Shown: positions 17,486 to 26,238 of the stretch, one piece after another | How the letters are laid out: each line of letters starts with the position of its first letter | How positions within the stretch are numbered: position 1 is the stretch's first letter | DNA from: Spirochaetales bacterium | GTDB lineage: Bacteria > Spirochaetota > Spirochaetia > JAFGXN01 | NCBI GenBank assembly: GCA_016936615.1 | Contig: JAFGXN010000050.1 | Span: 1-61,199 of the forward strand | Direction of reading: 5' to 3' | DNA length: 61,199 bases | The notes under the pieces: model-generated | What the model was told of the DNA's origin: nothing | Database searches by the model: none | Seen by the model: the letters and a program-made list of their open reading frames with translations, nothing else | Translations under genes and position numbers: made by a program

Positions 17486-18697
17486 ATGAAAAATCGAAAA
17501 CTTAAAATAACCATTTCAGTGATATCTATTGTAATTCTTGCCGTTTCAGTTACTCTAGCAGGAAATGCAAAAAAGATTTCTCGGCTAAACAGGGCAATGA
17601 CACTTTTTGCGCCAGAGAAGATTGATGAGAATTTCAGGACTATGGACAAACTATTTGACGCAACCATTGTTGCAACGGGAGATCAAATTTTTTCTCTTAA
17701 TTATGGGAAAAAGCCACTTCCAGACAAATACACCTTTCAAGGTGAAGAGAAATCCACGCAACAATTCATCGAGGAGACCCAAACGACATCGCTGATTGTT
17801 CTACAAGACAAGACAATTCTCTTTGAAGAGTACTACCGGGGCAATGATGAAACCTCAAAGTCAATAGTCTGGTCAGTCTCCAAATCCTTCACAAGTGCAT
17901 TGTTCGGCATTGCAATTCAAGAAGGCTATATCAAAAGCATAGAAGACAATGTTACCGACTATCTTCCGGAACTACGAGCAAGCGGATACAACAAGGTGAG
18001 GATCAAAGATGTCTTACAGATGTCTTCTGGAGTCGAATTCAACGAGGATTATGCAGATTTTCACTCAGATATCAATAGACTTGGAAGATATTTTGCACTG
18101 AACAAGCCACTTTTAAATTTTATAAACACCCTGCAACAAGAGCGAACCCCCGGAACATTCAACCACTACACGAGCATGGACACTCAAGTCCTGGGGATGA
18201 TTGTAGTTGCAGCAACTGGTAAATCGCTAAGCCAATACACAGAAGAGAAACTGTGGAAACCGCTTGGAATGGAGGCTAATGCTGCCTGGTTAATTGATAA
18301 TTCGGGGATGGAGACCGCCTTTGGAGGCTTTAATGCCACATCTAGAGATCTTGCTCGCTTTGGAAGACTCTACCTCAAGCTAGGAGAGTGGGAAGGTAGT
18401 CAGATAATCAACAAGGATTGGGTAAAAGACTCAACCACGCCAGATGCCCCCCACCTACAGCCAGGACCAAACCCCAATTCCGACTATGTCCTAGGTTACG
18501 GCTACCAGTGGTGGATACCAGAGAACCCAGACGGAGAATTTTTGGCAATTGGAGTCTATGGTCAAGCAATCTACATCTATCCAAAATACAATATTGTTAT
18601 TGTCAAAACCTCTGCGTATGCAGATTACACAGATAACGAAGAACTAATGGAACTCGAAGCAATCGAATTTTTCAGAAATATAGCACGAAAGATCTAA
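17486..18697 (+). CDS. serine hydrolase, beta-lactamase/PBP4*-like family
   Basis: 403 aa. N-terminal TM/signal segment and SxxK motif (SVSKSF). SD AAGGAG upstream. Confidence 0.7.
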   Translation: MKNRKLKITISVISIVILAVSVTLAGNAKKISRLNRAMTLFAPEKIDENFRTMDKLFDATIVATGDQIFSLNYGKKPLPDKYTFQGEEKSTQQFIEETQTTSLIVLQDKTILFEEYYRGNDETSKSIVWSVSKSFTSALFGIAIQEGYIKSIEDNVTDYLPELRASGYNKVRIKDVLQMSSGVEFNEDYADFHSDINRLGRYFALNKPLLNFINTLQQERTPGTFNHYTSMDTQVLGMIVVAATGKSLSQYTEEKLWKPLGMEANAAWLIDNSGMETAFGGFNATSRDLARFGRLYLKLGEWEGSQIINKDWVKDSTTPDAPHLQPGPNPNSDYVLGYGYQWWIPENPDGEFLAIGVYGQAIYIYPKYNIVIVKTSAYADYTDNEELMELEAIEFFRNIARKI

Positions 18698-18713
18698 ATT
18701 CAGGAGGTAGAAG

Positions 18714-19355
18714 ATGAGTGAAGTAATTTTCAGAGAGATAAAAAAATCAGATTATCCGAGAATCAAAGAATTGATAAACGAGGGTTTTTCAATAGACAAA
18801 TATATCTCTAACACAAAGGTTCGACAACGATGTCTAAATATCTACATGCAAAACTGCTTGATAGAGTCAAGCTACAGCTGTGTCGCAGAGAAGGATAACA
18901 AGGTAATTGGAATAATTCTCGGCTCCGCAAAAGGAAAGGTCAAATACTTCAGCAAGATAAAGTTAATTTTTTCCGCATTGACAAACCTCCTAGTACTCCT
19001 ACTCACACCAAAGGTTTACAAAAATATCTTGCGAGAGTTCCTCAAAGTGCTTAAATCCTACAACAAATTAATCCATGGGAGTGAATCACAGTTTCAAGGA
19101 AGCATCGACCTTTTTATAGTATCAAAAGAGGCTCGAGGATTAGGAATAGGCAAGAAATTAAAAGAAAATCTAGAGAAGTACATGACTAGCGAAAATGCAA
19201 AAAAGATATACCTCTACACCGACAACACCTGTAACTACGGATTCTACGACAGCCAGGGCTTCAAAAGAATAGGAACAAACAAGATCGCAATGGCAATAAA
19301 CAAAGAACAACTAGATATAGATGTATTCCTTTATAGCTACGAGGTAGGTGCATAA
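18714..19355 (+). CDS. GNAT-family N-acetyltransferase
   Basis: 213 aa with the acetyl-CoA-binding motif RGLGIGKKL. SD AGGAGG upstream. Confidence 0.7.
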   Translation: MSEVIFREIKKSDYPRIKELINEGFSIDKYISNTKVRQRCLNIYMQNCLIESSYSCVAEKDNKVIGIILGSAKGKVKYFSKIKLIFSALTNLLVLLLTPKVYKNILREFLKVLKSYNKLIHGSESQFQGSIDLFIVSKEARGLGIGKKLKENLEKYMTSENAKKIYLYTDNTCNYGFYDSQGFKRIGTNKIAMAINKEQLDIDVFLYSYEVGA

Positions 19356-19371
19356 AAAAGCACCTACCCAT
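19354..19371. repeat. 18-bp direct repeat, copy 1 (aaaaaagcacctacccat)
   Basis: Identical to 20278-20295. Together with the upstream ggtaggtgc it forms a hairpin. Confidence 0.9.
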
Positions 19372-19402
19372 CTGAAAATTACTGTGGGGCAGAACAAAGA
19401 TC

Positions 19403-20230
19403 TCAAAGTTTATTCTTATAAAAACCCTGCTCATCCTTAGCCTTATCCAAATCAAAGTCCCTTGAGAAGGCCTTATCAATCACTCGTAAAATATAATTCC
19501 TGAAAATTCGCTTGTACAAAGGAATCTTAACAGGGAAATGCCAGTTAATATCACGAGATTGTGCTTTTTTATCAGAATAAAAGGCATGATCTGCGACAAA
19601 AATCCCTGGTGCTAGGCTTGAAATCTTTGCAAAAAGCTTGAATACCATTAAATTTCCAAAATCAGGCTGTTGTCGTAGCGGTAAATCCAACTTACGGTTC
19701 AATTTCTCTGCCGCAACAGAGACAATTCTGCGTTTCTTCTCAAGCAAGGCTGCTGAATACGGCAAAGGTAACATATCGGTGTAGAATTCGCCGCCGGGAT
19801 CGAAGCCAGCAGCCGACCCCCATGTTCGCATTGACAAGAAGACCCCTTCAGCCTGCCATTTAGTACAGCTAGAAATCATGTAAATTCTCTTCCCGAAATA
19901 TTTAGGGCGGTGGCAGTTGTACGCAACGTGGTCTAGGAAATTCTTCATAATTCCTGTCACATTGAACATATAACCAGGCGTAGCTAAAATCAAAAGATCT
20001 GCATTCATAATCTTTTTCTCGATAGAAGAAACTACCTGAAAATGAGGACATTTATCCTCACCTCGCAATATACAATTATGACATCCAGTACAAAACGGCA
20101 GATCATAATCCTGAAGGTATAGACTTTCTTGTTCACACTCCCTCAAGCTGAATAATTGCTCAGAGAAATACCTAACAAGCTCTGTCGTATTACCATTTTT
20201 TGAACAGCCATGAATTACTAATATCTTCAC
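19403..20230 (-). CDS. flavodoxin-like/NAD(P)H-dependent FMN reductase-family protein with a Cys cluster
   Basis: KILVIHGCSKNGNTTELV flavodoxin-like N-terminus, with CTGCHNC...C. Start moved to GTG 20230, preceded by GAGG with a 7-nt spacer. The track ORF runs to 20287. Confidence 0.65.
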   Translation of the reverse strand: MKILVIHGCSKNGNTTELVRYFSEQLFSLRECEQESLYLQDYDLPFCTGCHNCILRGEDKCPHFQVVSSIEKKIMNADLLILATPGYMFNVTGIMKNFLDHVAYNCHRPKYFGKRIYMISSCTKWQAEGVFLSMRTWGSAAGFDPGGEFYTDMLPLPYSAALLEKKRRIVSVAAEKLNRKLDLPLRQQPDFGNLMVFKLFAKISSLAPGIFVADHAFYSDKKAQSRDINWHFPVKIPLYKRIFRNYILRVIDKAFSRDFDLDKAKDEQGFYKNKL

Positions 20231-20277
20231 TTTATTACCTCTATGATAATTATATAACTCACAAGTAAAAAGTAAAC

Positions 20278-20295
20278 AAAAAAGCACCTACCCAT
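20278..20295. repeat. 18-bp direct repeat, copy 2 (aaaaaagcacctacccat)
   Basis: Identical to 19354-19371. Here it supplies the 3' arm and T-run of the fucosidase terminator. Confidence 0.9.
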
Positions 20296-20322
20296 TAGCA
20301 AAATCAGCCGCAAGATAGGTGC
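20278..20322 (-). terminator. rho-independent terminator of the GH29 gene
   Basis: On the minus strand: gcacctat ... gggtaggtgc stem (7 Watson-Crick pairs plus wobble pairs, about 19-nt loop), followed by T6. Confidence 0.5.
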
Positions 20323-20403
20323 AGGGATGTAATCCTAATTTTTTATATAAAAATCTAACGCAATTCTTTACAAATCGACGCGCTTACCAGCTAGATTTGA
20401 AGT

Positions 20404-22812
20404 TTAATTCTTTGTATAAAACTCAATCCCCGAAATCGCTATATATGACGCTTCAGTCTCTAATCTTATTCGAAGCTGGCTACTCTTTAGATTGCGAAAA
20501 TTTAAAATTCTCTTGTAGCCAATTGTCGTCTCTGTTGAGACTATAACCCAACGACCAAAAGAGTTTTTTCGTTCAATCGTGAAGCGAGAAATTCGCTGCC
20601 CCAGTTGGATTGGTTCTTGAAGAATAATATTACCGATAGAGATCTTCTTGCCAAAATCAAAGAGAAGTGTCGCACTCCGGACCCCATCCGCAGTTGCCCA
20701 GTAAGTCTCACGACTACCATCAAAGAGATTCTCCTCATAGCTTTGCGCCCCACGCAGATTATCAGCTCTAACAAATACAGGCCTTATCTGAGTAGAAAAC
20801 TTCTTATCTACCCACGATTTTAACTCCAGCAATGACTTCTCATCCTCACTACGAATTATTCCTTCTGGCGAGATAGCAAGACCCAAATTCAACGTTGCAT
20901 TTCGGCCAATTGTCTTGTACCAGATATCTTTTAATATTTTAAAACTCTTTGGTCTCTCATTCTCATGGTAATACCAGTGATGACGAGATAGAAGAGGAAC
21001 ATCTGCCTCAGCTGGTCGCCAATCCTTTCCATTTGGACACCCAGATTCTAACTCTTTCTGAGTATTGTATGAAAACTCAGCCGCATCAAATCTTGACCAA
21101 TTTGTCTTGCCTGCATAACCACGCTCATTACCAACCCAACGAACAGAATCTTTATTGTTTCCACCAAATATTACTGCATTTGGCGCAAGTCTCTCGACCA
21201 TCTCATATACCTTGTCTAACTGATAATAACCGTCAGGTATAGATCTTGTCTCATTTGCTCCACCATACCAACCATCACCACCATTTGCTCCATCTAACCA
21301 CACCTCGAAGAGATCACTTCCATAACGGGTCAGCAACTCCTCCCACTGCTTATGGAAGACCTCGACATAGCCAGGACGCCCATATTCCGCATGATTTCTA
21401 TCCCACGGAGAGATATAAATACCAAACTTTAATCCATATTTTTTACAAGAATTATACAAATCATCGACAACATCACCTTCTCCACCCTTCCATGGTGAGG
21501 CTGCAACACTATACTCTGTTGACTCAGTCTGCCATAGACAGAAGCCGTCATGGTGCTTAGCGACAAGAATAAGTCCCTTCATGCCAGAATCTCTAGCAAC
21601 ACGAGCCCACTGATCTGTATCTAAGTTCTCAGGATCAAAAAGGCTTGGAGAAAGATTACCAAAAGCCCACTCCTCCTGAGTATAAGTATTCAAACCAAAA
21701 CAGACTAATCCATAATATTCAGTATTCTGCCACTCCAACTGATTTGCGGTAGGTGTAACCTTATATGCAGGAAAATCCTCTTCCTGCCGTATCATCTCTC
21801 CGACCCGCTGCAAGGTCTCAACATCAACATCTCTCAACTTTCCTTCATAATCTGGTCCAACATTTAATGAGAAAATATTCCCATATTTAACAGCTTGCAG
21901 ATAATCAGTATAAATCTTCTCAGCCGAGTGAACCAAATTATCATGCTCCGGCAACGAATAGAACCAATCAGCTCCTCCGACATGGGCAGGTAATATCGGA
22001 TAGGTAAACTCCGCAACCAGATACCCATTATAAATCTTCTCGTTGAGAGACTGATCTGCAATCCAGTTACTATGATCTCCACCAAGAGGGCCAGCGGAAC
22101 CTCGCTCACGAAGAATTATTCTCCCAGAAGGCTCTCCATGATTATACCCCACGAAGGTATCAGGCTGAAAAGAGTGAACCCATGCAGTTGTCAAATCATG
22201 GCTAAGTCCACCATCTCCAGCTGCATAATCCATCCAGAAGAACTCTATATCTCCATAATTTGTCAGCAACTCCTCTAACTGAGCCTTCTTGACCTCAGGA
22301 TTTATTCCAGACCCCTTCCAATGACCATCGCCATCATATGCGCCAGGCCAATTCCAATCACCTTCTGAAAAGTACAAGGCTAACTTAATTCCATATTTAT
22401 CGCAAGATTTCCTCAACTCTGCCAGGACATCAACTCCCAAAGTGCTATTTGTTACCTTCTTCTCAGTCGTCTTTGTATCCCAGAGACAAAACCCATCGTG
22501 ATGCTTAGTCAGAAAAAGAATATATTTCATCCCAGCCTCTTTTGCAGTTCTGACCCATTGATCAGTATCAAGACCAGTTGCACGAAAGTACGAAGCATCC
22601 TTATCTAAGGTAGGAGTCCACTCTTGACCAGAAAAAGTGCTAAATGACCAACAAATAAACATTCCAAACTCAAGAGAAGCAACCTCTTTTGCCCTTGAAT
22701 AATCAGCCTCGCTCCTCTGAACATCAATCTTTGCCAACTCTCCCTCAGCCCCGAGACAAGAGAAGACCACAAAAGAAAAAGCAATAGCCAGAGCTAAAAC
22801 AAAATTTTTCAT
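20404..22812 (-). CDS. exported alpha-L-fucosidase with two tandem GH29 catalytic domains and a C-terminal F5/8 type C (CBM32-like) domain
   Basis: Start ATG 22812 (MKNFVLALAIAFSFVVFSC, lipobox-like), with GGAGG upstream. GH29 motifs occur twice (FGMFICWSF...LTKHHDGFCLWDT and YGLVCFGLN...VAKHHDGFCLWQT). Discoidin-like C-terminus (FDGSRETYWATADG...). Confidence 0.8.
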   Translation of the reverse strand: MKNFVLALAIAFSFVVFSCLGAEGELAKIDVQRSEADYSRAKEVASLEFGMFICWSFSTFSGQEWTPTLDKDASYFRATGLDTDQWVRTAKEAGMKYILFLTKHHDGFCLWDTKTTEKKVTNSTLGVDVLAELRKSCDKYGIKLALYFSEGDWNWPGAYDGDGHWKGSGINPEVKKAQLEELLTNYGDIEFFWMDYAAGDGGLSHDLTTAWVHSFQPDTFVGYNHGEPSGRIILRERGSAGPLGGDHSNWIADQSLNEKIYNGYLVAEFTYPILPAHVGGADWFYSLPEHDNLVHSAEKIYTDYLQAVKYGNIFSLNVGPDYEGKLRDVDVETLQRVGEMIRQEEDFPAYKVTPTANQLEWQNTEYYGLVCFGLNTYTQEEWAFGNLSPSLFDPENLDTDQWARVARDSGMKGLILVAKHHDGFCLWQTESTEYSVAASPWKGGEGDVVDDLYNSCKKYGLKFGIYISPWDRNHAEYGRPGYVEVFHKQWEELLTRYGSDLFEVWLDGANGGDGWYGGANETRSIPDGYYQLDKVYEMVERLAPNAVIFGGNNKDSVRWVGNERGYAGKTNWSRFDAAEFSYNTQKELESGCPNGKDWRPAEADVPLLSRHHWYYHENERPKSFKILKDIWYKTIGRNATLNLGLAISPEGIIRSEDEKSLLELKSWVDKKFSTQIRPVFVRADNLRGAQSYEENLFDGSRETYWATADGVRSATLLFDFGKKISIGNIILQEPIQLGQRISRFTIERKNSFGRWVIVSTETTIGYKRILNFRNLKSSQLRIRLETEASYIAISGIEFYTKN

Positions 22813-22831
22813 AAAACCTCCGCAATAGCTA

Positions 22832-22893
22832 ATTATAAAATCGTGTCCTAAATTCAACAATGCAAAATCTTATCTTTAAAATGGAAAATCTTA
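22832..22893 (-). promoter_or_regulatory. candidate promoter plus two 14-nt direct repeats (activator-site-like) upstream of the GH29 gene
   Basis: On the minus strand: TAAGATTTTCCATT (22893-22880) and TAAGATTTTGCATT (22872-22859), 21-nt period. The proximal copy abuts TTGTTG (22860-22855), followed by a 17-nt spacer and TATAAT (22837-22832). Confidence 0.45.
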
Positions 22894-22895
22894 CT

Positions 22896-23726
22896 CTAAG
22901 GATAAAAAACACCCTTACTCCGACGGAAATCAGAAGGGGTAAGTCCAATAACTTTCTTAAAAATTTTGGAAAAATAAAACTCATCACTATAACCAGATTC
23001 AGTGGCAACCTCATAAATAGGCTTACAACTCAAAACCAGCAGATGCATAGCCTTTCTCAGCCTCAGATCCTGCATATACTCAAATGGAGAGATATTAAAG
23101 GTTGTCTTAAAAATCTTATGGAAATAGTTAGGTGTAAATCCTGAAACCTCTGCAATCTCTGCAAGAGTTGGATTTCTCAAGAAAGCCTCATTCATATAAT
23201 CTATCGCCTCTTTCAATTTTATATGGGAAAAAATTTCATCTCCTAGACAGCCTAAATCAGCACTACCAACCATTTGACTAAGCAGAAAGAGTAACACTCC
23301 TTGAATCTTCACATTTTCCACGCTAAGCGAATCAAACAAGAGACCCTCAGGATATTCGCCAACAAAGATCTTCTCAAGCCCAGCAATACTTGGTTTTACC
23401 CAAGGGTATTCCACATCTGGAAAGGCAAAAAATGACGGTCCCTTGCTCAACAGCAAATCAAAAATCGGAGAAACAGGTCGAAAATGAACCCAGTGCAAAT
23501 CCATCGAACTATCACAAGACTGCTCGCGCAGATTATAACCAGAGATATAATAACTATGCGCCGAGTCCAACACGACAGAGCAATTATCGAAGACCAACTC
23601 AGCCTCACCGCCAAAGGGGAAATAAAATTTTCGACACCTATCAAGCTCTGATGCCTTCTTGTTCCAGCTCGGGGTGCAAGTATAGATACCCCCGACTAGA
23701 AGATTTAAATTAAAATCTGATACCAT
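22896..23726 (-). CDS. AraC-family transcriptional regulator
   Basis: 276 aa. N-terminal cupin-like sensor and a C-terminal double HTH (TLAEIAEVSGFTPNYFHKIFK ... ATESGYSDEFYFSKIFKKVIGLTPSDFRR). Confidence 0.85.
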   Translation of the reverse strand: MVSDFNLNLLVGGIYTCTPSWNKKASELDRCRKFYFPFGGEAELVFDNCSVVLDSAHSYYISGYNLREQSCDSSMDLHWVHFRPVSPIFDLLLSKGPSFFAFPDVEYPWVKPSIAGLEKIFVGEYPEGLLFDSLSVENVKIQGVLLFLLSQMVGSADLGCLGDEIFSHIKLKEAIDYMNEAFLRNPTLAEIAEVSGFTPNYFHKIFKTTFNISPFEYMQDLRLRKAMHLLVLSCKPIYEVATESGYSDEFYFSKIFKKVIGLTPSDFRRSKGVFYP

Positions 23727-23850
23727 AATTTTACACTAACCAATATACATAATTATAACACAAGACCAAAACTTAGCTAACACAAAAATTATAAGTTGTA
23801 AAAACAGCAAAACAGATTTATCATTACTAATACAAATTCGGGAGAGATTT

Positions 23851-25173
23851 ATGAAAGAGAAAAAAATTAAAATGAAGGGGTTCTACAAGACCACCTTCCT
23901 CATCGGGCTCGGCTTCTTTACTATGGGATTGATGGACCCCCTCTATGATAGCTTTGTGCCATTATTTTTAAAAAAGTATACTGAATCATTAGGAGTAATT
24001 GGAACAATTATGACTCTTGATAATATATTCGCAATCTTTTTGATTCCTATTGTCGCAGCCCTGTCAGATAGAACAATGACGAGAATTGGGCGTAGAATGC
24101 CATATATAATCGTTACACTACCAATGACTGCAATCTTCTTTGCTATGATACCATTCTCAGCAGCCCACTCTCTCTGGTTACTAATTTTAGTAATATTCTT
24201 TTTAAACGCATTCAAACAAGCAGCACGAGGACCTGTTGTAGCACTTATGCCAGATATAATCCCAGGAGAGTATCGCTCCGAAGCAAATGGAGTAATCAAT
24301 ACAATGGGGGGAATTGCAGCAATTGTAGGAACAATCGGACTTGCCAAGCTCTTTGACATCTCTGTAGATCTTCCAATAATTGGGAACACCCACTCGAAAC
24401 TGCCATTCATGATATCTTCGTTACTTGTAATAATTGCAGTTATCCTTCTTTTTTCTTTTGTAAAAGAGAGAGATGCAATTAAACATACAGAAGAGACAAA
24501 AGAGAAGGTCAAAACATTCAGCGCATTAGAAAAAATCTTTACCTCAAGCGACAAAAGTGCAATATTCATTTTAATGGCACTTTTCTGTTGGTTTATGGCT
24601 TATCAGGGAATCCTTCCTTTTCTTTCAATATATTCAGTAGAGAAAATCGGAGTAACTGAAGGGACAGCCGGAATGGGTCCTGGCTTTGTAGCAATTGCCT
24701 ATGCCTTATTTGCAATACCATCAGGAATAATCGGTCACAAGATTGGAAGAAAACGTCTAATTAAGATCTGCCTAATTGCACTATCTACAATAATATTATT
24801 AATGTTCTTTCACCACCCTCTTTGTAGAGCGTTAAATTTTTCAACAAAAGCAGAATTATTCACATTCTGGGGAATGTTATTCCTGTTTGGAATATTTTGG
24901 GGCTCAGTTGTAACAAACTCTTTTCCAATGCTATGGCAGATGGCAACCTACAGCGACATGGGAATATACACTGGCTCTTACTATTTCTTCTCACAAGGTG
25001 CGGCGATACTTGCTCCAATTCTATTTGGAGGTTTAAGCCAAGCCCTTGGAATAAAGGCTATGTTTATAATCGCCTCAATCTTCATGGCGCTAGCCTTTGT
25101 GATGATATCCTTTGTCAAGCGAGGAGATGCTAACGACAAGCCTCTTCCCGCTGATATACCAGAACTAGATTAG
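23851..25173 (+). CDS. MFS transporter (GPH/SLC45-like, probable sugar symporter)
   Basis: 440 aa with about 12 TM segments and loop 2-3 motif LSDRTMTRIGRRMPYI. Divergent from the AraC gene. Confidence 0.75.
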   Translation: MKEKKIKMKGFYKTTFLIGLGFFTMGLMDPLYDSFVPLFLKKYTESLGVIGTIMTLDNIFAIFLIPIVAALSDRTMTRIGRRMPYIIVTLPMTAIFFAMIPFSAAHSLWLLILVIFFLNAFKQAARGPVVALMPDIIPGEYRSEANGVINTMGGIAAIVGTIGLAKLFDISVDLPIIGNTHSKLPFMISSLLVIIAVILLFSFVKERDAIKHTEETKEKVKTFSALEKIFTSSDKSAIFILMALFCWFMAYQGILPFLSIYSVEKIGVTEGTAGMGPGFVAIAYALFAIPSGIIGHKIGRKRLIKICLIALSTIILLMFFHHPLCRALNFSTKAELFTFWGMLFLFGIFWGSVVTNSFPMLWQMATYSDMGIYTGSYYFFSQGAAILAPILFGGLSQALGIKAMFIIASIFMALAFVMISFVKRGDANDKPLPADIPELD

Positions 25174-25179
25174 CACACA

Positions 25180-25210
25180 CCCCTGCAAAACCCTTGCAGG
25201 GGATTTTTTT
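25180..25210 (+). terminator. rho-independent terminator after the MFS gene
   Basis: Stem cccctgcaa / ttgcagggg, loop aaccc, then aTTTTTTT. Confidence 0.75.
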
Positions 25211-25275
25211 CATATACAACACTAAAATTTTCTCTTCTTATTGCTACCATTGAATTTTTGATGTAATATATACCT

Positions 25276-26238
25276 ATGGAATCTTCAAATTTAAAAATTG
25301 ATTTAGATTTTTCAAATACAACTATCAATAAACTCAAGAATGGAATTGCTACAGTGATAAAGGGTAAAGAAAACTTTATAGAGTTGCTACTTTCCTCGCT
25401 TATCGCAAACGGCCACATTCTTCTCGAAGATCTTCCAGGTCTTGGCAAGACTACAGCAGCTAAGGCGCTTGCAGCCTTGATATCCAAAGATGAGACAGAA
25501 TTCCCGCTCTTCAATAGAATTCAATTCACTCCAGACTTGCTACCATACGATATCACTGGAGTCGACATATTTGACCCTAAAGAGAACTCTTTCACATTCA
25601 GACGAGGTCCTGTATTCACAACAATCCTGCTCGCCGACGAGATTAACAGAGCAACACCCAAAGTACAATCAGCGCTACTCGAAGCAATGGGCGAAGGACA
25701 GGTTACAATCGGACTGACCACGTACAAGCTAGAGAAACTTTTCTTTGTTATAGCAACTCAGAACCCGCTCGACATGGAGGGAACCTACCCTTTGCCAATG
25801 GCACAGCTTGACAGATTCCTAATGAAGTTAAAGGTAGGTTATCCTGATTCAAATTTTGAAAAAGAGATTGTAATGCTAGAACCAGCCAGAACAATGCTAA
25901 AAAAGCTAACCCCAGTTTGCAGTGTTGCAGATATCAGCAATCTCCAGGAGATGGCTAACCAGGTCTATTGCGATGAGAAACTTATAGATATTGCGGTAAG
26001 AATTTGTCAAAATACGAGAAAGATTCCAGTTGTCGAATATGGGATATCTCCGAGAGGATGTATAATGCTAATCAGAGCTGCTAGAGCTTTTGCACTTATC
26101 AAGGGCAGAGACTATGTTGTGGAACAAGATATCGTAGATATTAGCATCCCAGTCCTTGCTCACAGGCTTAAACTAAGAGATCTCCAATTCAATAGTGAAA
26201 ATATCATCAGGGAGGCAACAGTTGCATCGATTAAGTAG
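25276..26238 (+). CDS. MoxR-family AAA+ ATPase (second copy)
   Basis: 320 aa. Walker A DLPGLGKT, Walker B ILLADEINRA, and QSALLEAMGEGQVTI...ATQNPLDMEGTYPLPMAQLDRF. Confidence 0.9.
   Translation: MESSNLKIDLDFSNTTINKLKNGIATVIKGKENFIELLLSSLIANGHILLEDLPGLGKTTAAKALAALISKDETEFPLFNRIQFTPDLLPYDITGVDIFDPKENSFTFRRGPVFTTILLADEINRATPKVQSALLEAMGEGQVTIGLTTYKLEKLFFVIATQNPLDMEGTYPLPMAQLDRFLMKLKVGYPDSNFEKEIVMLEPARTMLKKLTPVCSVADISNLQEMANQVYCDEKLIDIAVRICQNTRKIPVVEYGISPRGCIMLIRAARAFALIKGRDYVVEQDIVDISIPVLAHRLKLRDLQFNSENIIREATVASIK

Noticed and set aside
20319-20546. 75-aa plus-strand ORF spanning the flavoprotein/GH29 intergenic region
   Set aside because: It starts inside the terminator hairpin and runs antisense into the GH29 3' end. 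It has no SD and no recognisable motif.
22813-22860. N-terminally extended ORF calls in the track: 22860, 3855, 58602, 52647, 51637, 17473, 6268, 43791, 20287, 47008, 10468, 27431
   Set aside because: In each case an internal start has an SD, yields a proper signal peptide or conserved N-terminus, or removes an implausible overlap. The longer forms were replaced in the feature list.
23807-23825. Degenerate resemblance (gcaaaacagatttatcatt) to the GCAAAA..GATTTTGCATT motif, upstream of the MFS transporter gene
   Set aside because: It needs a 2-nt insertion and two mismatches, which is too weak to call by eye. It is worth including only in a formal motif scan.
23943-24569. Long antisense ORFs in the track: 23943-24569, 32619-33068, 33486-33920, 36717-37151, 39618-40007, 43977-44414, 4941-5279, 17368-17667
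   Set aside because: Each lies entirely inside, and opposite to, a longer ORF with clear family motifs. They have odd composition and no SD. I treat them as shadow ORFs.
26236-26238. TAG stop-codon reassignment or read-through fusing MoxR-2 to DUF58, which are in the same frame
   Set aside because: TAG clearly terminates other genes here (rpiB at 543-545, the TPR gene at 31297-31299). The SD plus TTG at 26222 and the T9 run offer a better explanation. Read-through cannot be fully excluded.
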